A DNA stretch of 64,000 nt from a virus, in the IMG/VR virus record IMGVR_UViG_3300045988_115755; one strand, given 5' to 3'. The translations under genes were made by a program, and so were the position numbers. Each line of letters begins with the position of its first letter. The first letter of the stretch is position 1. Of this stretch, positions 56,310 through 64,000 are shown piece after piece. Below the pieces are notes generated by a model that was given only the letters and a program-made list of their open reading frames with translations, ran no database searches and was not told where the DNA came from.

Positions 56310-59300
56310 GTGAAGTTAGTGAGCAGTTCATTACATACACATTCGCATTATTCATTGTTAGATGGATATGCATTACCTGAAGAAAACTTACAAAGAGCAG
56401 AAGAGATAGGATTAAAAGCCCTGGCTATCACAGAACATGGCAATGAGTATAGTTGGTGCTATTATGATAAGCTTCATGAGAAATATCCAAGTGTTAAATT
56501 GATTTTTGGAGTTGAATTTTATGAATGCTTTGATATGACAGAACAGAACAAGGATAGCAAATATTTCCATTTAATTGTATTGGCAAAGAACGAGAATGGT
56601 CGAAAAGCAATTAATCAATTGGTAACTGATTCAAATTTTCATGGATTTTACTACAAGCCACGAATTGATCTGAATGCGTTGAAACCATATGCTAAGGATC
56701 TGGTTGTGAGTAGTGCTTGTTTGGCATCTAAACTTGCCAGAGAGCCAGATTATCAGAAATGTGTTGAATATGTTCGTGAATACAAAGAGATTTTTCCACA
56801 TTTTTATTTAGAAATGCAGTCACATTCACATCAGGATCAAATGGTATATAATCAGAAAATCTTACAGCTTTCAGTAGACACTAATACACCATACATTATT
56901 ACAACTGATAGTCACGCTGCTAGAAAAGAAGATTTATATTATCAGAACTGGCATGTAAAACTTGCTCACGATACTGAAACCGCAGCAGAAATTTACGAAG
57001 GATGTTATTTGCAATCTGATGATGAAATTCATGCAATTATGGATAGTCAAATTGGAGAAGATGCAGTAACTAAAGGACTTGAAGAAACAGATAGGATTGC
57101 TGATCTGATAGATGAAATCCACATGCCATTTCAGGCACCTCAGTTGCCATCTTTTCCATTACCTGAAGGATTTGAAGATAATTATTCTTATTTAAAGTAT
57201 CTGATTGACACAGGGTGGGTAAAACGAGGATTCGATAAATTACCAGAAGATGAGCAGAAGTTAAGAAAAGAAAGAATTGATTATGAATTAGATATTATTC
57301 ATTCAATGGGATTCGATGGGTATTTCTTAATTGTATGGGATTTTATCAATTTTGCAAGAGAAAATGGTATTCCAATTGGTGCTGGTCGAGGTAGTTGTGC
57401 AGGTAGTTTGGTGTGTTACACGATTACAATTACAGACTTAGATCCTATCAAATATGGACTGATTTTTGAAAGATTTTTAAATCCAGAGCGAATTTCAATG
57501 CCAGATACAGATACAGATGTTGGTACACGAGATGAGATTATCCAATATTTGATCGATAAGTATGGCGAAAACAGAGTATGCCAGATTATCAATTTCAGTT
57601 TTATTACTCCAATTGTGGCAATCAAAGATGTTGGCAAGGTTTTAGGGTTCAATTATCACGAGATGGACAAACTAAGTAAAAAATTTGTATATGACACGAT
57701 TGAAGAATCTTTATGGAATAACAGAGATTTAGCAGAGAATCCAAGATATGAAGAGCTTTTTGACGTTGCATCTCATCTTGCAGGTAGAGTAAAAACAGTA
57801 TCTTCTCATGCAGGTGGTGTTGGAATTGTAGATACAGATATTAGCGATTATATGGCAATGAAACTTGGAACTGATGGAGAACACGTCATCCAAGTAGATA
57901 AACGTATCGTTGAAGAGATTGGGATTATTAAATTTGATATTTTGGGTGTTGCTACATTGAACACTGTAAAAGAAGCCGAAATTGACGCAGGGTTAACTGA
58001 GTTTGATGTAAATATTAACAATCCAAAGTTTGAAATGGATAAAGGATCATATGAATTATTGCGTAGTGCAATGACGAATGGTGTTTTTCAGGTCGAAAGT
58101 GCTGGTATGAAGGATTTGCTGGTTAGGTTACAAGTCTCAAACATGGAAGAGTTGGCAGCTGTATTAGCACTGTATAGACCAGATGCAATGGATGTCTTAG
58201 AAGAATTCATTGAGTATAAACATCATCCAGAGAAAATTACATATATCCATCCAGATATGGAGCCAATCTTAAAGGAAACGTATGGATGTATGATTTATCA
58301 GGAGCAATTACTTGATATTGTTCGTAAATTTGGTGGTCGAAGTTATGGAGGAGCTGACTTATTCCGTAAGGCGATTGGTAAGAAGAATATTGAACTTGTA
58401 AAGTCTGAATCTAAAAAGCTTTATTACGAGATTATTGAGAATGGATACCCCGAAGAAATTGCAAAACAGATTAGCGAGACATTATCCCAAAAAGGGGGAT
58501 ACTTATTCAATAAAAGTCATGCGTACTCCTACGCTGTATTATGCTTACAAACAGCGTTTTTAAAGAAACATTATGCGTTGTGTTTTTTTAAGGCATTATT
58601 GAATCGCAATAAAGATAAGGCAGGAATGGTAAATAAATATATTCTTGATGCCAAAGCGTTTAAGATTCAAGTGTTACCACCAAACTTAAATAAATCAATG
58701 ATGAATTTCAGTATTGACGATGTGTATATATTGTTTGGATTATCGGCTATCAGTGGTATTGGAGAAAAAATTGCAAAGGTGATTCTTGAAGACCGTGATA
58801 AAAATGGTAAATTCATAGGATTTGAAAACTTTTGCGAACGTATTAACCCAAGTAAATCACAGGTTATTCAGTTGATCAAAGCAGGTGCAATTCCAACAAA
58901 GAATAAACGTAAAACTTTAATTCAATATTTGAAATCTATGTATCAGCCAACAACATTTAAACCAGTTGCGAAAGCACCGAGTTACAAACAATTACTTATT
59001 AAATGGGATATTGACGCTGAAGATTACCGTATAGGTGAGAAGAAATATGATTACGACAAAGATGCAATATTAAAAGCTTACAACGATAAAAAGTATGAAC
59101 TGTATAAAGATAAGGAAAAAGAACGATTTCAGAAATTTATCGCACAGAATCAAAAATATCTTGAGAATGAAGATTTTTGGGAATTTGAAGCATTGCAAAT
59201 CTTTATCAACGATAACCCATTTGATCAGGCATACAAGTATATGTCAAAACAATTTCAAGATGTTGAAGATGGAGATGATTGTACTGTGGTTGCAGTGATC

Positions 59301-59552
59301 GCTAAAGTTGATAAAAAGAAAGACAAAAATAAAAAGACATTTGCGTATGTGAATTTATATTCTAGTTTTGGATTGACTGAGGCAATCGTCTGGCATTCGC
59401 AATTAAAAGAATATGAAGATATGATTGTCAAAGGAAATCAGATTGCGATGTTATGCAGAAAAGATTCAGATGAGAAGGTTATCGCAAAGAAAATTAAACC
59501 ATATAAACAATGGCTAGAAGATATTAAGAAAGTGAAGGGGGTTGTCGCCTAA
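56310..59552 (+). CDS. dnaE: DNA polymerase III alpha subunit (DnaE-type, PHP domain N-terminus)
   Basis: LHTHSHYSLLDG PHP motif; 1080 aa; GTG start. Confidence 0.85.
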   Translation: MKLVSSSLHTHSHYSLLDGYALPEENLQRAEEIGLKALAITEHGNEYSWCYYDKLHEKYPSVKLIFGVEFYECFDMTEQNKDSKYFHLIVLAKNENGRKAINQLVTDSNFHGFYYKPRIDLNALKPYAKDLVVSSACLASKLAREPDYQKCVEYVREYKEIFPHFYLEMQSHSHQDQMVYNQKILQLSVDTNTPYIITTDSHAARKEDLYYQNWHVKLAHDTETAAEIYEGCYLQSDDEIHAIMDSQIGEDAVTKGLEETDRIADLIDEIHMPFQAPQLPSFPLPEGFEDNYSYLKYLIDTGWVKRGFDKLPEDEQKLRKERIDYELDIIHSMGFDGYFLIVWDFINFARENGIPIGAGRGSCAGSLVCYTITITDLDPIKYGLIFERFLNPERISMPDTDTDVGTRDEIIQYLIDKYGENRVCQIINFSFITPIVAIKDVGKVLGFNYHEMDKLSKKFVYDTIEESLWNNRDLAENPRYEELFDVASHLAGRVKTVSSHAGGVGIVDTDISDYMAMKLGTDGEHVIQVDKRIVEEIGIIKFDILGVATLNTVKEAEIDAGLTEFDVNINNPKFEMDKGSYELLRSAMTNGVFQVESAGMKDLLVRLQVSNMEELAAVLALYRPDAMDVLEEFIEYKHHPEKITYIHPDMEPILKETYGCMIYQEQLLDIVRKFGGRSYGGADLFRKAIGKKNIELVKSESKKLYYEIIENGYPEEIAKQISETLSQKGGYLFNKSHAYSYAVLCLQTAFLKKHYALCFFKALLNRNKDKAGMVNKYILDAKAFKIQVLPPNLNKSMMNFSIDDVYILFGLSAISGIGEKIAKVILEDRDKNGKFIGFENFCERINPSKSQVIQLIKAGAIPTKNKRKTLIQYLKSMYQPTTFKPVAKAPSYKQLLIKWDIDAEDYRIGEKKYDYDKDAILKAYNDKKYELYKDKEKERFQKFIAQNQKYLENEDFWEFEALQIFINDNPFDQAYKYMSKQFQDVEDGDDCTVVAVIAKVDKKKDKNKKTFAYVNLYSSFGLTEAIVWHSQLKEYEDMIVKGNQIAMLCRKDSDEKVIAKKIKPYKQWLEDIKKVKGVVA

Positions 59553-61815
59553 AGTGGTGGATAGTACAAAAGAATATGAGTTTGAGATTGTCCCATTATA
59601 TCAGATTTATTATAATGAAGAATCTTTATTTGGGATTTACACATTCTGTACAGCAGAAGATTTACCAGAATGTAAACCATATAATAATAATGATTTTGAT
59701 GACTTATCCGATAAAAAAATGAATAAATGTGGCAAATTGGTTGGTAATATGCAGGAGTTGTATTTAGGAACGAAATATAAGGTTAAAGCCAATATGACAT
59801 ATTCTAAGAAATACAATGAATACCAATATAAACCACTTTCTATAGTTGCTGAAGTTCCTAAAACTTTTGAAGCACAAAAGGTATTTTTAAAAACACAGAC
59901 GAACGCAGCAATCGCAGATCAGTTAATTGCGAAATATCCTAATGTTGTCGAAGATGTAATGAATGGTCAGTTAAAGATGATTGACCATTCAGAAATCAAA
60001 GGACTAGGAGATAAAACTTGGAAGAAGCTTAGAGATAAAATTATTAAAAACTATGTGATTTCTGACATTGTTGTAATGTTGCAACCATATGGGGTTACGT
60101 TACCAACGATTGAAAGATTATTGAAATCCGAACCTAATCCAAGTGTCTTAAAAAAGCAAATTGAACAAAATTCATATATACTAACTAGAGTAAAGGGTAT
60201 GGGATTTAAACGAGTTGATGATATTGCACTCAAATTGAAACCAGAATTGCGATGCTCAAATCAACGGTTAAATGCATTTATTTCCTACGACTTGCATCAA
60301 GTTGGTGATAATGATGGACATACATATGTGTATATCAAAAATTTAAGAAGCAATATTAGTAATGCAGTATCTGAATGCTTACCTATATTTGACGAATGGT
60401 TTGATGAAGAATCAGATAAAAATTTACCAAATTATTTATATACATCTGGAGATAAAATTGGTCTGAAATCGTACTATAAAATAGAAATGAATATTTACGA
60501 ATTGATTAAAGATATGGAGAAATATTCATTTGGGAATACAACAGATTACGAACCAATAACAGATAGTGAGATTAGTCAGACGATTTCTGAAGTTGAAGAT
60601 GAAGAAGGGTTTATGTTTTCAGAAGAGCAAATTACAGGAGTTAACAAAGCATTAAATTGCCAAGTTGTGTTTATTTCTGGAGAAGCTGGAACTGGTAAAA
60701 CAACAATTCTGAAACCAATTATTAAATGCTACCAAAAAAGAAATAATAGCATTGTTGCGTGTGCCTTATCTGCAAAAGCAGCCCAAAGAATTAAAGAAGC
60801 AACAGGCTTAGACTCACGGACTATTCATAGATTGCTTATGGCAGAAGGTATTGATAGTTTTTGTTACAATCAAGATAACCCATTACCTGCTGATGTAGTA
60901 ATTATGGACGAAAGTAGTATGACAAATGCGAGCCTTTTCTATAATTTTTTATTAGCAATTCGACCAGGAACACGATTAATTTTTTGTGGTGACTATATGC
61001 AGTTGCCACCAATTGGATTTGGTAATATTTTCTCGGATCTGTTAAAAAAGAAAGGTTTAAATAGTGTGCAGCTTACCAAACCGATGAGACAAGCAGAAAA
61101 ATCTGGTATTTTAACGGATGCAAGAAAGATTCGAAGAGGGATTAATCCATTGGATAGTCCACAGTTAAAAATTGTCCATGGTGAACTAAATGATATGTTT
61201 TATTTGTTTAGGAAGAATAGAGAATCATTGTTTAATATGGCAGTAAAACAGTATATTAAATCTGTTAAAGAGGAAGGAATTGACAATGTTGTGATTGTTT
61301 CTCCACGAAGAAGTAATTGTACGAACAGTACAGATGAATTGAACAAAGCAGTACAGAAAGAATTATTTGCTAGTAGTAATAAACCATTTGTTGAATTCAA
61401 AGATCGTAAATACTATTTAGGAGATAAGGTATTACAGACCTCAAATGATTACGAGCGAGACGTATTTAATGGTGATATTGGATACATTACAGCGATTGAT
61501 AAAGAAAAAGAAATATGTTTGGTGTCTATGAATGCAAATATCGAAGAGAAGATGATTGAATATTCTTTCGCTCAACTTGGACAACTGCAATTAGCATACG
61601 CATTAACCACGCATAAGCTTCAAGGATCGGCAGCACAGACCATGATCGGTATTATTGACAATACGCATTACAAATTGCTTGATAACTGTATGTTATATAC
61701 GATGTTAACACGAGCTAAGAAAAGATTTGCGCTCCTTGCAGAGCCAGAAGCGTTCAAAAGATGTATTATGACAAATCATAATAAGCGACGTACATGGCTA
61801 AGTTTACAATCATAA
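59542..61815 (+). CDS. RecD-like SF1 helicase
   Basis: VFISGEAGTGKTT Walker A; DESSM Walker B; about 757 aa. Confidence 0.7.
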   Translation: MSPKVVDSTKEYEFEIVPLYQIYYNEESLFGIYTFCTAEDLPECKPYNNNDFDDLSDKKMNKCGKLVGNMQELYLGTKYKVKANMTYSKKYNEYQYKPLSIVAEVPKTFEAQKVFLKTQTNAAIADQLIAKYPNVVEDVMNGQLKMIDHSEIKGLGDKTWKKLRDKIIKNYVISDIVVMLQPYGVTLPTIERLLKSEPNPSVLKKQIEQNSYILTRVKGMGFKRVDDIALKLKPELRCSNQRLNAFISYDLHQVGDNDGHTYVYIKNLRSNISNAVSECLPIFDEWFDEESDKNLPNYLYTSGDKIGLKSYYKIEMNIYELIKDMEKYSFGNTTDYEPITDSEISQTISEVEDEEGFMFSEEQITGVNKALNCQVVFISGEAGTGKTTILKPIIKCYQKRNNSIVACALSAKAAQRIKEATGLDSRTIHRLLMAEGIDSFCYNQDNPLPADVVIMDESSMTNASLFYNFLLAIRPGTRLIFCGDYMQLPPIGFGNIFSDLLKKKGLNSVQLTKPMRQAEKSGILTDARKIRRGINPLDSPQLKIVHGELNDMFYLFRKNRESLFNMAVKQYIKSVKEEGIDNVVIVSPRRSNCTNSTDELNKAVQKELFASSNKPFVEFKDRKYYLGDKVLQTSNDYERDVFNGDIGYITAIDKEKEICLVSMNANIEEKMIEYSFAQLGQLQLAYALTTHKLQGSAAQTMIGIIDNTHYKLLDNCMLYTMLTRAKKRFALLAEPEAFKRCIMTNHNKRRTWLSLQS

Positions 61816-61832
61816 AATATCTTTAAATGCTA

Positions 61833-61861
61833 TTGACAAGCACATAAAGGTATGGTAAGAT
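61833..61861 (+). promoter_or_regulatory. sigma70 promoter (TTGACA-17-TGGTAAGAT); copy 2 of 44-nt repeat
   Basis: 61814-61857 matches 18539-18582 with 1 mismatch. Confidence 0.5.
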
Positions 61862-61891
61862 AAGGACATGTTAAAGAAAGGAGATGTGGAA

Positions 61892-62530
61892 ATGAGAAAA
61901 AGATTTTTAATGAAAGTTATTTCGTTTAGTTTTTTAGCAATGTGTTCGGGGTTTATGACTCACACAGTCAAAGCAGAGGAGCGACCCTCTGTAGAGGCTT
62001 CAACACTATCAACAGAGACAACTGCTGTAGAAAATAAGCAAGACAATGTGATTTCAAATAATCCAATCAGTCAAAGCGTTGAATTAAAAGACGTTCATGA
62101 GCATTATCAGAAATGTAAGAAAGCTGATGAAGAGAAAGCAAGACAGATTCGATTAGAAAAACTTCGAAAGAAACGATTGCGAATTAAACGACAACGGCTG
62201 AAGCGAAAGCAAGAACTAGAAAAGAGTTCGCTTGGAACATTTTTGATCACGGCATATTGTCCATGTTATGAGTGTTCAGAAGGATATGGATCTAAGATTG
62301 CTTGGAATCACGCAGGACATAAATTTGCTCGACCATATCATACGATTGCGGTTGATAAAAACATTATCCCTTATGGAACAAGAGTTAAGATTGAAGGATA
62401 CGGTGATACAATCTTTGTGGCAGAAGATTGTGGAGGCAAAGTAAAAGGAATGCATGTAGACGTGTTCAAATCAACACATTCCGAAACGGTAAATGTGCAA
62501 CAGCACAGAAAAGTATATGTAGTGAGGTAA
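61892..62530 (+). CDS. secreted 3D-domain protein (MltA/YabE-like cell-wall binding/lytic domain)
   Basis: signal peptide; C-terminal ITAYCPCYECSEGYGSKIAW...YGTRVKIEGYGDTIFVAEDCGG...MHVDVF = 3D domain with three Asp. Confidence 0.55.
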   Translation: MRKRFLMKVISFSFLAMCSGFMTHTVKAEERPSVEASTLSTETTAVENKQDNVISNNPISQSVELKDVHEHYQKCKKADEEKARQIRLEKLRKKRLRIKRQRLKRKQELEKSSLGTFLITAYCPCYECSEGYGSKIAWNHAGHKFARPYHTIAVDKNIIPYGTRVKIEGYGDTIFVAEDCGGKVKGMHVDVFKSTHSETVNVQQHRKVYVVR

Positions 62531-62614
62531 TTGGCAGTTACTGAAAGACATAGAAACACAAATTAAAATAATCAACTAAACAATATAAACAAGAAAAGGA
62601 AAATCCAAAAAATT

Positions 62615-64000
62615 ATGAAAACTGAATATGTGAAAGAAATGAATGTCTTGATCGACAGAATCAATGATGCTTCATATGCGTACTACGCAGAGGATAATCC
62701 GATCATTTCAGATAAAGAATTTGACGATTTATGCACTGCTTTAGAACGACTTGAGAGAGATTCTGGCGTTGTTTTAAATAATTCGCCCATCCACCACGTT
62801 CAAGGATTTGTAATTGATTCTCTGGCTAAAGTAAAGCATACACGCCCAATGTTATCAGCTCAGAAGACAAAAGATGTCAATGAGGTCAAAAAATTTCTTG
62901 CGGATAAAATTGGTGTTTTATCGTGGAAGGAAGATGGTTTGACGGTGGTACTAAGGTACGAAAAAGGACGCTTAAAACAAGCAATTACAAGGGGAAATGG
63001 CGAAATTGGAGAAGATGTGACTCATACAGCACGTATGATTTTCAATTTACCTCTTGAGATTCCTGATAAGCGAAGTATTGAGGTACGTGGCGAATCAGTT
63101 ATCAGTTATGAAAACTTCCAGAAAATCAATGAAGCGTCGCATGGTAAATACAAGAGCGCAAGAAATCTGGCAGCAGGCACAATTAGACAGTTAGATGCGA
63201 ATGTAGCAAAGAAAAGAAAACTTGCTTACAAGGCATTTGAGTTAGTCAAAATTGATGGCGTATCTGATGAAGAAATGCCAAGCATTGCTGATAGTTTTAA
63301 ATATCTTGCAGAGCAGGGATTTGACGTTGTAGAACATCAGATTATTGATCGAAATAATGTTGAAGAATATATTGAGAAATTTGATCCAGAAGAATATGAA
63401 TATCCTGTTGATGGTCTGATTTTCACTTATAACGACTATCAGTATGGTAAATCTCTTGGGGCAACGAGTAAATTTCCCTTAAATATGCTTGCGATGAAAT
63501 GGTCTGATGACCTCTACGAAACAATAATCAGAGATATTGAATGGAATACATCTCGTACAGGGTTGATTAATCCAGTTGCAGTATTCGATCCAGTTGATCT
63601 TGATGGCGCAGAAACTACAAGAGCTACATTACATAACGTAAGTTACATTGAGGGATTAGAACTTGGTGTAGGTGATACGATTCAGGTTTATCGTAGTAAT
63701 ATGGTAATACCAAAAGTACACGATAATCTGACAAGAAGTAATACATTCAAGATTCCAGATACTTGTCCAACCTGCGGTGGCGAAGCAAAAATCATCAACG
63801 AGAATGACAGTAAGGTTCTGAAATGTATGAATCCTGACTGCAAGGCAAAGCTATTAAGCAAGTTTTTGAACTTTGTTTCCAGAGATGCAATGAATATTCA
63901 AGGTTTATCTGAGGCAACACTGAAAAGATTTATTGATCTTGGATGGCTGAAAGATTATACAGATATTTATAATTTAGCAGAGCATAAATCTGAGATGAAG
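62615..64000 (+). CDS. ligA: NAD-dependent DNA ligase (3'-truncated by window end)
   Basis: N-terminal Ia domain YAYYAEDNPIISDKEFDDL, adenylation KxDG (SWKEDGLTV), Zn-finger CPTCGG...C..C. Confidence 0.8.
   Translation, partial: MKTEYVKEMNVLIDRINDASYAYYAEDNPIISDKEFDDLCTALERLERDSGVVLNNSPIHHVQGFVIDSLAKVKHTRPMLSAQKTKDVNEVKKFLADKIGVLSWKEDGLTVVLRYEKGRLKQAITRGNGEIGEDVTHTARMIFNLPLEIPDKRSIEVRGESVISYENFQKINEASHGKYKSARNLAAGTIRQLDANVAKKRKLAYKAFELVKIDGVSDEEMPSIADSFKYLAEQGFDVVEHQIIDRNNVEEYIEKFDPEEYEYPVDGLIFTYNDYQYGKSLGATSKFPLNMLAMKWSDDLYETIIRDIEWNTSRTGLINPVAVFDPVDLDGAETTRATLHNVSYIEGLELGVGDTIQVYRSNMVIPKVHDNLTRSNTFKIPDTCPTCGGEAKIINENDSKVLKCMNPDCKAKLLSKFLNFVSRDAMNIQGLSEATLKRFIDLGWLKDYTDIYNLAEHKSEMK

Noticed and set aside
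1-64000. CRISPR array or other tandem repeat arrays
   Set aside because: No regularly spaced direct repeats were found. The only repeats are the 2x20-nt pair at 38609-38694 and short operator-like palindromes.

Overview
This 64-kb window reads as a contiguous segment of a large, low-GC phage genome (Firmicutes type). About 105 genes lie on the + strand with AGGAGG-type ribosome-binding sites; the only credible minus-strand gene is an XRE repressor. A phage-plasmid or other temperate element cannot be ruled out. No capsid, tail or terminase genes fall in the window, and there is no CRISPR array or rRNA.

Modules in order:
- An early block of small ORFan genes with consensus sigma70 promoters and rho-independent terminators.
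- A hicA/hicB toxin-antitoxin pair.
- Bro-N/KilAC antirepressors, an ABC-like ATPase with a SAM methyltransferase, a replisome-organizer protein and a tyrosine integrase.
- An orphan MazF-like toxin.
- A tightly coupled five-gene NAD+ operon (26685-30885): nicotinamidase-like, Prs-like pyrophosphokinase, NAMPT-like phosphoribosyltransferase, macro domain, NadE. I read this as a phage NAD+ reconstitution counter-defence island, extended beyond the described two-gene modules.
- A flotillin/SPFH operon.
- A tRNA(CAU)-like gene interrupted by about 68 nt, and an XRE switch region.
- A second block of small genes including two sigma factors, an NrnA-like DHH phosphoesterase, two Rcl/NDT-like proteins, and a nucleotidyltransferase followed by a HigA-like HTH.
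- A recombination and replication module: SSB-like, Sak4-like ATPase, DnaB-like helicase, DnaG-like primase, RecJ-like DHH exonuclease, DnaE, RecD-like helicase, a secreted 3D-domain protein and NAD-dependent LigA (cut by the window end).

All functional calls rest on motif recognition by eye in the supplied translations. No database search was possible.
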